64,000 nt of DNA from Camelus dromedarius (taxonomy: Eukaryota): assembly GCF_036321535.1 (NCBI RefSeq), contig NC_087436.1, positions 2,170,001-2,234,000 of the forward strand, read 5' to 3'. Both the position numbers and the translations under genes were made by a program. Below, piece after piece: positions 24,101 through 38,560 of the stretch. The notes under the pieces are model-generated. The model was not told the origin of the DNA, ran no database searches, and worked only from the letters and a program-made list of their open reading frames with translations. Position 1 is the first letter of the stretch. The number at the start of each line of letters is the position of its first letter.

Positions 24101-27100
24101 CTGTAAAACCGAGTTGGAGCTAGTACCTCCCCATATATATGTATGGATTGGAGTTTGCAAGTGAAAAGAAACTTTGTGTCCCAACAAGCTAGGTGAAGAA
24201 CGGCTTTCACACACAGTTATCTCTCAGAACTGAGCATGTGGAGAGACGTTCGTTCACCTAGCAAAAAGGGAACGGGTTGCAGGAGAAACTTTTACTCTGG
24301 TTTCTCAGTCTGTTTCCTAGTGCCGGTTTGAAGTTCCTGCAATTTTCACTGTAAATCCGAGTTGGAGCTAGTACCTCCCCATATATATGTATGGAGTGGA
24401 GTTTGCAACTGAAAAGAAACTTTGTGTTCCCAACAAGCTAGGTGAAGGACGGCTTTCACACACACTTTTCTCTCAGAACTGGGCAAGTGGAGAGACGTTC
24501 GTTCATCTAGCACAAAGGGAACGGGTTGCAGGAGAAAGTTTTTCTCTGGTTTGTCAGTCTGTTTCCTGTTGCCGATTTAAAGTTCCCGCAGTTATCACTG
24601 TAAAACCGAGTTGGAGCTTGTTCCTCCCCATATATGTGTAAGGATTGGAGTTTGCACCTGAAAGGAAATTTGTGTTCACAACAAGCTAGGTGAAGGACGG
24701 CTTTCACACACACTTATCTCTCAGAACTGAGAATGTGGAGAGACGTTCGTTCATCTAGACCAAAGGGAACGGGTTGCTGGAGAAACTTTTACTCTGGTTT
24801 CTCAGGCTGTTTCCTACTGCCGGTTTGAAGTTCCTGCATTTTTCACTGTAAAACTGAGATGGAGCTAGTACCTCCGCATATATATGTATGGATTGGAGTT
24901 TGCAAGTGAAAAGAAACTTTGTGTTCCCAACAAGCTAGGTGAAGGACGGCTTTCACACAGAGTTTCTCTCAGAATTGAGTATGTGGAGAGACGTTCGTTC
25001 ATCTAGCACAAAGGGAACGGGTTGCAGGAGAAACTTATACTAATTTATCTCAGTCTGTTTCCTAGTGCCGGTTTGATGTTCCTGCAGTTTTCACTGTAAA
25101 ACCGAGTTGGGGCTAGTACCTCCCCATATATATGTATGGATTGGAGTTTGCAACTGAAAAGAAACTTTGTGTTCCCTACAAGCTAGTTGAAGGACGGCTT
25201 TCACACACACTTATCTCTCAGAACTGAGCATGTGGAGAAACGTTCGTTCATCTAGCACAAAGGGAACGGGTTGCAGGAGAAACTTTTACTCTGGTTTCTC
25301 AGTCTGTTTCTTAGTGCCGGTTTGAAGATTCTGCAGTTTTCACGGTAAAACCGTGTTGGAGCTAGTACCTTCGCATATATATGTATGGATTGGAGTTTGC
25401 AAGTGAAAAGAAACTTTGTGTTCCCAACAAGCTATGTGAAGGACGGCTTTCACACACACTTATCTCTCAGAACTGAGCATGTGGAGAGACGTTCGTTCAT
25501 CTAGCACAAAGGGAACGGGTTGCAGGAGAAACTTTTACACATTTTTCTCAGTCTGTTTCCTAGTGCGGTTTTGAAGTGCCTTCAGTTTTCACTGTAAAAC
25601 ACAGTTGGAGCTAGTACCTCCCCATATATATGTATGGAGTGGAGTTTGCAACTGAAAAGAAACTTTGTGTTCCCAACAAGCTAGGGGAAGGACGGCTTTA
25701 ACACACAATTATCTCTCAGAACTAAGCATGTGGAGAGACGTTCGTTCATCTAGCACAAAGGGAACGGGTTGCAGGTGAAACTTTTACTCTGGTTTCTCAG
25801 TCTGTTTCCTAGTGTCGGTTTGAAGTTCCTGCAGTTTTCACTGTAAAACCGAGTTGGAGCTAGTACCTCCCCATATATATGTATGGAGTGGAGTTTGCAA
25901 CTGAAAAGAAACTTTGTGTTCCCAACAAGCTAGTTGAAGGACGGCTTTCACACACACTTATCTCTCAGAACTGAGCATGTGGAGAGAAGTTCGTTCATGT
26001 AGCACAAAGGGAACGGGTTGCAGGGGAAACTTTTACTCTGGATTCTCAGTATGTTTCCTAGTGTCGGTTAGAAGTTCCTGCAGTTTTCACTGTAAAACCG
26101 AGCTGGAGCTAGTACTTCCCCGTATATATGTATGGATTGGAGTTTGTAAGTGAAAAGAAACTTTGTGTTCCCAAGAAGCTAGGTGAAGGACGGCTTTCAC
26201 ACACACTTATCTCTCAGAACTGAGCATGTGGATAGACGTTCGTTCATGTAGCACAATGGGAACGGGTTGCAGGGGAAACTTTTACTCTGGATTCTCAGTC
26301 TGTTTCCAAGTGTCGTTTTGAAGTTCCTGCAGTTTTCACTGTAAAACCGAGCTGGAGCTAGTACTTCCCCGTATATATGTATGGATTGGAGTTTGTAAGT
26401 GAAAAGAAACTTTGTGTTCCCAAGAAGCTAGGTGAAGGACGGCATTCACACTCACGTATCTATCAGAGCTGAGCATGTGGAGAGACGTTCGTTCACCTAG
26501 CACAAAGGGAACGGGTTGCAGGAGGAACTTTTACTCTGGTTTCTCATTCTGTTTCCTAATGCAGGTTTGAAGTTCCTGCAATTTTCACTGTAAATCCGAG
26601 TTGGGGCTAGTACCTCCCCATATATATGGATGGATTGGAGTTCGCAACTGAAAAGAAACTTTGTGTTCCCAACAAGCTAGGTGAAGGACGGCTTTCACAC
26701 ACACTTATCTCTCAGAACTGAGCATGTGGAGAGAAGTTCGTTCATCTAGCACAAAGGGAACGGGTTGCAGGAGAAACTTTTACACATTTTTCTCAGTCTG
26801 TTTCCTAGTGCCGTTTTGAAGTGCCTTCAGTTTTCACTGTAAAACACAGTTGGAGCTAGTACCTCCCCATATATATGTATGGAGTGGAGTTTGCAACTGA
26901 AAAGAAACTTTGTGTTCCCAACAAGCTATGTGAAGGACGGCTTTCACACACACTTATCTCTCAGATCTGGACAATTGGAGAGACGTTCGTTCATCTAGGA
27001 AAAAGTGAACGGTTTGCAGGAGAAATTTTTCTCTGGTTTCTCAGTCTGTTTCCAAGTGCCGGTTTGATGTTCCTGCAGTTTTCACTGTAAAAACGAGTTG

Positions 27101-29340
27101 GAGCTTGTACCTCCCCATATATATGTATGGATTGGAGTTTGCATGTGAAAAGAAACTTTGTGTTCCCAACAAGCTAGGTGAAGGACGGCTTTCACACACA
27201 CTTATCTCTCAGAACTGAGAATGTGGAGAGACGTTCGTTCACCTAGCAGAAAGGGAACGGGTTGCAGGAGAAACTTTTACTGTGGTTTCTCATTCTGTTT
27301 CCTAGTGCCGGTTTGAAGTTCCTGCAATTTTCACTGTAAATCCGAGTTGGGGCTAGTACCTCCCCATATATATGTATGGAGTGGAGTTTGCAACTGAAAA
27401 GAAACTGTGTTCCCAACAAGCTAGGTGAAGTACGGCTTTCACACACACTTATCTCTCAGAACTGGGCAAATGGAGAGACGTTCGTTCATCTAGCAAAAAG
27501 GGAACGGGTTGCAGGAGAAACTTTTTCTCTGGTTTCTCAGTCTGTTTCCTGTTGCCGTTTTAAAGTTCCTGCAGTTTTCACTGTAAAACCGAGTTGGGGC
27601 TTGTACCACCCCATATATGTGTATGGATTGGAGTTTGCACCTGAAAGGAACTTTGTGTTCCCAAGAAGCTAGGTGAAGGACGGCTTTCACACACACTTAT
27701 CTCTCAGAACTGAGCATGTGGAGAGACGTTCGTTCATCTAGCCCAAAGGGAACGGGTTGCAGGGGAAACTTTTACTCTGGATTCTCAGCCTGTTTCCTAG
27801 TGCCGGTTTGAAGTTCCTGAATTTTTCACTGTAAAACCGATTTGGAGCTAGAACCACCGCATATATATGTATGGATTGGAGTTTGCAAGTGAAAAGAAAC
27901 TTTGTGTTCCCAACAAGCTAGATGAAGGACAGCTTTCACACACTACTTTCTCTCAGATCTGAGCATGTGGAGAGAAGTTCGTTCATCTAGCACAAAGGGA
28001 ACGGGTTGCAGGAGAACCTTTTACTCTGGTTTCTCAGTCTGATTCCTAGTGCCGGTTTGAAGTTCCTTCATTTTTCACTGTAAAACAGAGTTGGAGGTAG
28101 TACATCCCCATATATATGTATGAAGTGGAGTTTGCAACTGAAAAGAAAGTTTGTGTTCCCAACAAGCTAGGGGAAGGACGGCTTTCACACACACTTATCT
28201 CTCAGAACTAAGCATGTGGAGAGACGTTCGTTCATCTAGCACAAAGGGAACGGGTTGCAGGAGAAACTTTTACTCTGGTTTCTCAGTGTTTTTCCCAGTG
28301 CCGGTTTGATGTTCCTGCAGTTTTCACTGTAAAACCGAGTTGGAGCTAGTACCTCCCCATATATATGTATGGATTGGAGTTTGCAAGTGAAAAGAAACTT
28401 TGTGTCCCAACAAGCTAGGTGAAGAACGGCTTTCACACACAGTTATCTCTCAGAACTGAGCATGTGGAGAGACGTTCGTTCACCTAGCAAAAAGGGAACG
28501 GGTTGCAGGAGAAACTTTTACTCTGGTTTCTCAGTCTGTTTCCTAGTGCCGGTTTGAAGTTCCTGCAATATTCACTGTAAATCCGAGTTGGAGCTAGTAC
28601 CTCCCCATATATATGTATGGAGTGGAGTTTGCAACTGAAAAGAAACTTTGTGTTCCCAACAAGCTAGGTGAAGGACGGCTTTCACACACACTTTTCTCTC
28701 AGAACTGGGCAAGTGGAGAGACGTTCGTTCATCTAGCACAAAGGGAACGGGTTGCAGGAGAAAGTTTTTCTCTGGTTTGTCAGTCTGTTTCCTGTTGCCG
28801 ATTTAAAGTTCCTGCAGTTTTCACTGTAAAACCGAGTTGGAGCTTGTTCCTCCCCATATATGTGTAAGGATTGGAGTTTGCACCTGAAAGGAAATTTGTG
28901 TTCACAACAAGCTAGGTCAAGGACGGCTTTCACACACACTTATCTCTCAGAACTGAGAATGTGGAGAGACGTTCGTTCATCTAGACCAAAGGGAACGGGT
29001 TGCTGGAGAAACTTTTACTCTGGTTTCTCAGGCTGTTTCCTACTGCCGGTTTGAAGTTCCTGCATTTTTCACTGTAAAACTGAGATGGAGCTAGTACCTC
29101 CGCATATATATGTATGGATTGGAGTTTGCAAGTGAAAAGAAACTTTGTGTTCCCAACAAGCTAGGTGAAGGACGGCTTTCACACAGAGTTTCTCTCAGAA
29201 TTGAGTATGTGGAGAGACGTTCGTTCATCTAGCACAAAGGGAACGGGTTGCAGGAGAAACTTATACTAATTTATCTCAGTCTGTTTCCTAGTGCCAGTTT
29301 GATGTTCCTGCAGTTTTCACTGTAAAACCGAGTTGGGGCT
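21138..29340 (+). repeat. Second copy of the 16-mer/17-mer pair (21138-25114; 25115-29340)
   Basis: Same diagnostic monomer order as 5971-14175, with unit lengths of 3977 and 4226 bp. Confidence 0.92.
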
Positions 29341-30583
29341 AGTACCTCCCCATATATATGTATGGATTGGAGTTTTCAACTGAAAAGAAACTTTGTGTTC
29401 CCCAGAAGCTAGGTGAAGGACGGCTTTCACACACACTTACCTCTCAGAACTGAGCATGTGGAGAGACGTTCGTTCATCTAGCACAAAGTGAGAGGGTGGC
29501 AGGAGAAACTTTTACTCTGGTTTCTCAGTCTGTTTCCTAGTGCCGGTTTGAAGTTTCTGCAGTTTTCACTGTAAAAAAGAGTTGGGGCTACTACCTCCCC
29601 ATATATATGTATGGAGTGGAGTTTGCAACTGAGAAGAAACTTTGTGTTCCCAAGAAGCTAGGTTAAGGACGGCTTTCACACACACTTATCTCTCAGATCT
29701 GGGCAATTGGAGAGACGTTCGTTCATCTAGCACAAAGGGAACGGGTTGCAGGGGAAACTTTTTCTCTGGTTTCTCAGTCTGTTTCCTGTTGCCGGTATAA
29801 AGTTCCTGCAGTTTTCACTGTAAATCCGAATTGGAGCTTGTACCTCCCCATATATATGTATGGATTGGAGTTTGCAACTTAATGGAACTTTGTGTTCCCA
29901 AGAAGCTAGGGGAAAGACGGCTTTCACACACACTTATCTCTCAGAACTGAGCATGTGGAGGGACGTTCGTTCATCTAGAACAAAGGGAACGGGTGGCAGG
30001 AGAAACTTTTACTCTGGTTTCTCAGTCTGTTTACTAGTGCCGGTTTGAAGTTCCTGCAGTTTTCAGAGTAAAAAAATGTTGGTGCTACTACCTCCCCATA
30101 TATATGTATGGAGTGGAGTTTGCAACTGAAAAGAAACTTTGTGTTCCCAACAAGCTAGGTGAAGGACGGCTTTCACACACAATTATCTCTCAGAACTGAG
30201 CTTGTGGAGAGACGTTCGTTCATCTAGCACAAAGGAACGGGTTGCAGGTGAGACTTTTACTCATTTATCTCAGTCTGATACCTAGTGCCGGTTTGAATTT
30301 CCTGCAGTTTTCACTGTAAAACCGAGTTGGGGCTAGTAACTCCCCATATATATGTATGGAGTGGAGTTTGCAACTGAAAAGAAACTTTGTGTTCCCAACA
30401 AGCTAGGTGAAGGACGGCTTTCACACACACTTATCTCTCAGAACTGAGCATGTGGAGGGACGTTTGTTCATCTAGCACAAAGGGAACGGTTTGCTGGAGA
30501 AACTTTTACTCTGGTTTCTCAGTCTGTTTCCTAGTGCCGGTTTGAATTTCCTGCAGTTTTCACTGTAAAACAGAGTTGGGGCT

Positions 30584-33500
30584 AGTACCTCCCCATATAT
30601 ATGTATGGAGTGGAGTTTGCTACTGAAAAGAAACTTTGTGTTCCCAACTAGCTAGTTGAATGACGGCTTTCACACACACTTATCTCTCAGAACTGAGCAT
30701 GTGGAGAGACGTTCGTTCATCTAGCACAAAGTGAACGGGTTGCAGGGGAAACTTTTACTCTGGTTTCTCAGTCTGTTTCCTGTTGCCGGTTTGAAGTTCC
30801 TGCAGTTTTCACTGTAAAACCGAGTTGGAGCTAGTACCTCCCCATATATATGTATGGAGTTGAGTTTCAACTGAAAAGAAACTTTGTGTTCCCAACAAGC
30901 TAGGTGAAGGACGGCTTTCACACACACTTATCTCTCAGAACTGAGCATGTGGAGAGACGTTCGTTCATCTAGCACAAAGGGAACATTTTGCAGGAGAAAC
31001 TTTTACTCTGGTTTCTCAGTCTGTTTCCTAGTGCCGGTTTGAATTTCCTGCAGTTTTCACTGTAAAACAGAGTTGGAGCTAGTACCTAACCATATATATG
31101 TATGGAGTGGAGTTTGCAACTGAAAAGAAACTTTGTGTTCCCAACAAGCTAGGTGAAGGACGGCTTTCACACACACTTATCTCTCAGAACTGAGCATGTG
31201 GAGAGACTTTCGTTCATCTAGCACAAAGGGAACGGGTTGCAGGAAAAACTTTTACTCATTTTTCTCAGTCTGTTTCCTAGGGCCGGTTTGAAGTTCCTTC
31301 AGTTTTCACTGTAAAACCGAGTTGGAGCTAGTACCTCCCCATATATATGTATGGAGTGGAGTTTGCAACTGAAAAGAAACTTTGTGTTCAAAACAAGCTA
31401 GGGGAAGGACGGCTTTCACACACACTTATCTCTCAGAACTGAGCATGTGGAGAGACGTTCGTTCATCTAGCACAAAGGGAACGGGATGCAGGAGAAAATT
31501 TTTCTCTGGTTTCTCAGTCTGTTTCCTGTTGCCGGTTTAAAGTTCCTGCAGTTTTCACTGTAAAACCGAGTTGGAGCTTGTCCCTCCCCCTATATATATA
31601 TGGATTGGAGTATGCAACTGAAAGGAACTTTGTGTTCCCAAGAAGGTAGGTGAAGGATGGCTTTCACACACACTTATATCTCAGAACTGAGCATGTGGAG
31701 AGACTTTCGTTCATCTAGCAAAAAGGGAACGTGTTGCAGGAGAAACTTTTACTATGGTTTCTCAGTCTGTTTCCAACTGCCGGTTTGAAGTTCCTGCAGT
31801 TTTCACTGTAAAACCGAGTTGGAGCAAGTACCTCCGCATATATATGTATGGATTGGAGTTTACAAGTGAAAAGAATCTTTGTGTTCCCAACAAGCTAGGT
31901 AAAGGACGGCTTTCACACACAATTATCTCTCAGAACTGAGCATGTGGAGAGACGTTCGTTCATCTAGCACAAAGGGAACGGGTTGCAGGAGAAACATTAG
32001 TCTGGTTTCTCAGTCTGTTTCCTAGTGCCGGTATGAATTTCCTGCAGTTTTCACTGTAAAACAGGGTTGGAGCTAGTACCTCCCCATATATATGTATCGA
32101 GTGGAGTTTGCAACTTAAAGAAACTTTGTGTTCCCAACAAGCTAGGTGAAGGACGACTTTCACACACACTTATCTCTCAGAACTGAGCATGTGGAGAGAC
32201 GTTCGTTCATCTAGCACAAAGGGAACGGGTTGCAGGAGAAAATTTGACTCTGGTTTCTCAGTCTGATTCCTAGTGCCGGTTTGACGTTCCTGCAGTTTTA
32301 ACTGTAAAACAGATTTGGGGCTAGTACCTCCCCATATATATGTATGGAATGGAGGTTGCAACTGAAAGAAACTTAGTGTTCCCAACAAGCTAGGTGAAGG
32401 ACGGCTTTCACACACACTTATCTCTCAGAACTCAGCATGTGGAGAGACGTTCGTTCATCTAGCACAAAGGGAAAGGGTTGCAGGAGAAACTTTTACTCTG
32501 GTTTCTCAGTCTGTTTCCTAGTGCCGGTTTGAAGTTCCTGCAGGTTTCACTGTAAAAGACAGTTGGGGCTACTACCTCCCCTTATATATGTATGGAGTGG
32601 AGTTTGCAACTGAAAAGAAACTTTGCGTTCCCGACAAGCTAGGTGAAGGACGGCTTTCACACTCACTTATCTCTCAGATCTGGACAAGTGGAGAGACTTT
32701 CGTTCATCAAGCACAAAGGGAACGTGTTGCAAGAGAAACTTTTTCTCCGGTTTCTCAGTCTGTTTCCTGTTCCCGGTTTAAAGTTCCTGCAGTTTTCACT
32801 GTAAATCCGAGTTGGAGCTTCTCCCTCCCCATATATATATATGGATTGGAGTTTGCAACTGAAAGGAACTTTGTGTTCCCAAGAAGCTAGGTGAAGGACG
32901 GCTTTCACACACACTAATATCTCCGAACTGAGCATGTGGTGAGACTTTCGTTCATCTAGCACAAAGGGAAAGGTTTGCAGGAGAAACTTTTACTCTGGAT
33001 TCTCAGTCTGTTTCCTAGTGCCGGTTTGAAGTTCCTGCAGTTTTCACTGTAAAACCGAGTTGGAGCTAGTACCTCCGCATATATATGTATTGATTGGAGA
33101 TTGCAAGTGAAAAGAAACTATGTGTTCCCAACAAGCTAGGTGAAGGACGGCTTTCACACACACTTATCTCTCAGAACTGAGCATGTGGAGGGACGTTTGT
33201 TCATCTAGCACAAAGGGAACGGGTTGCAGGAGAAACTTTTACTCATTTTTCTCAGTCTGTTTCCTAGTGCCGGTTTGAAGTTCCTGCAGTTTTCACTGTA
33301 AAACCGATTTGGGGCTAGTACCTCCCCATATATATGTATGGAGTTGAGTTTGCAACTGAAAAGAAACTTTGTGTTCCCAACAAGCTAGGTGAAGGACGGC
33401 TTTCACACACACTTATCTCTCAGAACTGAGCATGTGGAGAGACGTTCGTTCATCTAGCACAAAGGGAATGGGAGGCAGGAGAAACTTTTACTCTGGTTTC

Positions 33501-36500
33501 TCAGTCTGTTTCCTAGTGCCGGTTTGAAGTTCCTGCAGTTTTCACTGTAAAACAGATTTGGGGCTACTACCTCCCCTTATATATGTATGGAGTGGAGTTT
33601 GCAACTGAAAAGAAACTTTGTGTTCCCAACAAGCTAGGTGAAGGACGGCTTTCACACTCAGTTATCTCTCAGATCTGGACAAGTGGAGAGACGTTCGTTC
33701 ATATAGCACAAAGGGAACGGGTTGCAGGAGAAACATTTTCTCTGGTTTCTCAGTTTGTTTCCTGTTGCCGGTATAAAGTTCCTGCAGTTTTCACTGTAAA
33801 ACCGAGTTGGAGCTTGTACCTCACCATATATATGTATGGATTGGAGTTTGCAACTTAAAGGAACTTTGTGATCCCAAGAAGCTAGTTGAATGACGGCTTT
33901 CACACACACTTATCTCTCAGAACTGAGCATGTGGAGAGACGTTCGTTCATCTAGCACAAAGGGAACGGGTTGCAGGGGAAACTTTTACTCTGGTTTCTCA
34001 GTCTGTTTCCTAGTGCCGGTTTGAAGTTCCTGCAGTTTTCACTGTAAAACCGAGTTGGAGCTAGTACCTCCCCATATATATGTATGGAGTGGAGTTTGCA
34101 ACTGAAAAGAAACTTTGTGTTCCCAGCAAGCTAGGTGAAGGACGGCTTTCACACACACTTATCTCTCAGAACTGAGCATGTGGAGGGACGTTTGTTCATC
34201 TAGCACAAAGGGAACGGGTTGCAGGAGAAACTTTTACTCATTTTTCTCAGTCTGTTTCCTAGTGCCGGTTTGAATTTCCTGCAGTTTTCACTGTAAAACC
34301 GATTTGGGGCTAGTACCTCCCCATATATATGTATGGAGTTGAGTTTGCAACTGAAAAGAAACTTTGTGTTCCCAACAAGCTAGGTGAAGGACGGCTTTCA
34401 CACACACTTATCACTCAGAACTGAGCATGTGGAGAGACGTTCGTTCATCTAGCACAAAGGGAATGGGAGGCAGGAGAAACTTTTACTCTGGTTTCTCAGT
34501 CTGTTTCCTAGTGCCGGTTTGAAGTTCCTGCAGTTTTCACTGTAAAACAGAGTTGGGGCTACTACCTCCCCTTATATATGTATGGAGTGGTGTTTGCAAC
34601 TGAAAAGAAACTTTGTGTTCCCAACAAGCTAGGTGAAGGACGGCTTTCACACTCAGTTATCTCTCAGATCTGGACAAGTGGAGAGACGTTCGTTCATCTA
34701 GCACAAACGGAACGGGTTGCAGGAGAAACGTTTTCTCTGGTTTCTCAGTTTGTTTCCTGTTGCCGGTATAAAGTTCCTGCAGTTTTCACTGTAAAACCGA
34801 GTTGGAGCTTGTACCTCACCATATATATGTATGGATTGGAGTTTGCAACGTAAAGGAACTTTGTGATCCCAAGAAGCTAGGTGAAGGACGGCTTTCACAC
34901 ACACATATCTCTCAGAACTGAGCATGTGGAGAGACGTTCTTTCATCTAGCACAAAGGGAACGGTTTGCAGGAGAAACTTTTACTCTGGTTTCTCAGTCTG
35001 TTTCCTATTGCCGGTTTGAATTTCCTGCAGTTTTCACTGTAAAACAGAGTTGGGGCTAGTACTTCCTCATATATATGTATGGAGTGGAGTTTGCTACTGA
35101 AAAGAAACTTTGTGTTCCCAACTAGCTAGTTGAATGTCGGCTTTCACACACACTTATCTCTCAGAACTGAGCATGTGGAGAGAAGTTCGTTCATCTAGCA
35201 CAAAGGGAACGGGTTGCAGGGGAAACTTTTACTCTGGTTTCTCAGTCTGTTTCCTGTTGCCGGTTTGAAGTTCCTGCAGTTTTCACTGTAAAACCGAGTT
35301 GGAGCTAGTACCTCCCCATATATATGTATGGAGTTGAGTTTCAACTGAAAAGAAACTTTGTGTTCCCAACAAGCTAGGTGAAGGACGGCTTTCACACACA
35401 CTTATCTCTCAGAACTGAGCATGTGGAGAGACGTTCGTTCATCTAGCACAAAGGGAACATTTTGCAGGAGAAACTTTTACTCTGGTTTCTCAGTCTGTTT
35501 CCTAGTGCCGGTTTGAATTTCCTGCAGTTTTCACTGTAAAACAGAGTTGGAGCTAGTACCTAACCATATATATGTATGGAGTGGAGTTTGCAACTGAAAA
35601 GAAACTTTGTGTTCCCAACAAGCTAGGTGAAGGACGGCTTTCACACACACTTATCTCTCAGAACTGAGCATGTGGAGAGACTTTCGTTCATCTAGCACAA
35701 AGGGAACGGGTTGCAGGAAAAACTTTTACTCATTTTTCTCAGTCTGTTTCCTAGGGCCGGTTTGAAGTTCCTTCAGTTTTCACTGTAAAACCGAGTTGGA
35801 GCTAGTACCTCCCCATATATATGTATGGAGTGGAGTTTGCAACTGAAAAGAAGCTTTGTGTTCAAAACAAGCTAGGGGAAGGACGGCTTTCACACACACT
35901 TATCTCTCAGAACTGAGCATGTGGAGAGACGTTCGTTCATCTAGCACAAAGGGAACGGGATGCAGGAGAAAATTTTTCTCTGGTTTCTCAGTCTGTTTCC
36001 TGTTGCCGGTTTAAAGTTCCTGCAGTTTTCACTGTAAAACCGAGTTGGAGCTTGTCCCTCCCCATATATATATATGGATTGGAGTATGCAACTGAAAGGA
36101 ACTTTGTGTTCCCAAGAAGCTAGGTGAAGGACGGCTTTCACACACACTTATATCTCAGAACTGAGCATGTGGAGAGACTTTCGTTCATCTAGCAAAAAGG
36201 GAACGTGTTGCAGGAGAAACTTTTACTATGGTTTCTCAGTCTGTTTCCAACTGCCGGTTTGAAGTTCCTGCAGTTTTCACTGTAAAACCGAGTTGGAGCA
36301 AGTACCTCCGCATATATATGTATGGATTGGAGTTTACAAGTGAAAAGAATCTTTGTGTTCCCAACAAGCTAGGTAAAGGACGGCTTTCACACACAATTAT
36401 CTCTCAGAACTGAGCATGTGGAGAGACGTTCGTTCATCTAGCACAAAGGGAACGGGTTGCAGGAGAAACATTAGTCTGGTTTCTCAGTCTGTTTCCTAGT

Positions 36501-38560
36501 GCCGGTATGAATTTCCTGCAGTTTTCACTGTAAAACAGGGTTGGAGCTAGTACCTCCCCATATATATGTATCGAGTGGAGTTTGCAACTTAAAGAAACTT
36601 TGTGTTCCCAACAAGCTAGGTGAAGGACGACTTTCACACACACTTATCTCTCAGAACTGAGCATGTGGAGAGACGTTCGTTCATCTAGCACAAAGGGAAC
36701 GGGTTGCAGGAGAAAATTTTACTCTGGTTTCTCAGTCTGATTCCTAGTGCCGGTTTGACGTTCCTGCAGTTTTAACTGTAAAACAGATTTGGGGCTAGTA
36801 CCTCCCCATATATATGTATGGAATGGAGGTTGCAACTGAAAAGAAACTTAGTGTTCCCAACAAGCTAGGTGAAGGACGGCTTTCACACACAATTATCTCT
36901 CAGAACTCAGCATGTGGAGAGACGTTCGTTCATCTAGCACAAAGGGAACGGGTTGCAGGAGAAACTTTTACTCTGGTTTCTCAGTCTGTTTCCTAGTGCC
37001 GGTTTGAAGTTCCTGCAGTTTTCACTGTAAAAGACAGTTGGGGCTACTACCTCCCCTTATATATGTATGGAGTGGAGTTTGCAACTGAAAAGAAACTTTG
37101 TGTTCCCGACAAGCTAGGTGAAGGACGGCTTTCACACTCACTTACCTCTCAGATCTGGACAAGTTGAGAGACGTTCGTTCATCAAGCACAAAGGGAACGT
37201 GTTGCAAGAGAAACTTTTTCTCCGGTTTCTCAGTCTGTTTCCTGTTCCCGGTTTAAAGTTCCTGCAGTTTTCACTGTAAATCCGAGTTGGAGCTTCTCCC
37301 TCCCCATATATATATATGGATTGGAGTTTGCAACTGAAAGGAACTTTGTGTTCCCAAGAAGCTAGGTGAAGGACGGCTTTCACACACACTAATATCTCCG
37401 AACTGAGCATGTGGTGAGACTTTCGTTCATCTAGCACAAAGGGAAAGGTTTGCAGGAGAAACTTTTACTCTGGATTCTCAGTCTGTTTCCTAGTGCCGGT
37501 TTGAAGTTCCTGCAGTTTTCACTGTAAAACCGAGTTGGAGCTAGTACCTCCGCATATATATGTATTGATTGGAGATTGCAAGTGAAAAGAAACTTTGTGT
37601 TCCCAACAAGCTAGGTGAAGGACGGCTTTCACACACACTTATCTCTCAGAACTGAGCATGTGGAGGGACGTTTGTTCATCTAGCACAAAGGGAACGGGTT
37701 GCAGGAGAAACTTTTACTCATTTTTCTCAGTCTGTTTCCTAGTGCCGGTTTGAAGTTCCTGCAGTTTTCACTGTAAAACCGATTTGGGGCTAGTACCTCC
37801 CCATATATATGTATGGAGTTGAGTTTGCAACTGAAAAGAAACTTTGTGTTCCCAACAAGCTAGGTGAAGGACGGCTTTCACACACACTTATCTCTCAGAA
37901 CTGAGCATGTGGAGAGACGTTCGTTCATCTAGCACAAAGGGAATGGGAGGCAGGAGAAACTTTTACTCTGGTTTCTCAGTCTGTTTCCTAGTGCCGGTTT
38001 GAAGTTCCTGCAGTTTTCACTGTAAAACAGATTGGGGCTACTACCTCCCCTTATATATGTATGGAGTGGAGTTTGCAACTGAAAAGAAACTTTGTGTTCC
38101 CAACAAGCTAGGTGAAGGACGACTTTCACACTCAGTTATCTCTCAGATCTGGACAAGTGGAGAGACGTTCGTTCATATAGCACAAAGGGAACGGGTTGCA
38201 GGAGAAACATTTTCTCTGGTTTCTCAGTTTGTTTCCTGTTGCCGGTATAAAGTTCCTGCAGTTTTCACTGTAAAACCGAGTTGGAGCTTGTACCTCACCA
38301 TATATATGTATGGATTGGAGTTTGCAACTTAAAGGAACTTTGTGATCCCAAGAAGCTAGTTGAATGACGGCTTTCACACACACTTATCTCTCAGAACTGA
38401 GCATGTGGAGAGACGTTCGTTCATCTAGCACAAAGGGAACGGGTTGCAGGGGAAACTTTTACTCTGGTTTCTCAGTCTGTTTCCTAGTGCCGGTTTGAAG
38501 TTCCTGCAGTTTTCACTGTAAAACCGAGTTGGAGCTAGTACCTCCCCATATATATGTATG
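30584..38560 (+). repeat. 18-mer (4474 bp) tandem duplication, second copy truncated (30584-35057; 35058-~38560)
   Basis: The 'tttgctactg...actagctagttgaatg' monomer occurs at 30584 and 35058. ORF offsets 30721/35195, 31754/36228, 31960/36434 and 33583/38057 are all 4474. Confidence 0.88.

Larger units (their letters stand above)
5245..34830 (+). repeat. Large tandem duplication: copy 1 ~5245-20660 (~62 monomers), copy 2 ~20660-34830 (~57 monomers)
   Basis: Collinear ORF and SNV markers with stepwise offsets: 15415 (5363/20778), 15167 (7731/22898, 9220/24387), 15165 (11710/26875, 14695/29860), 13671 (17050/30721, 18917/32588) and 14169 (19489/33658, 20409/34578). The junction monomer at 20641 is chimeric. 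Confidence 0.93.
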
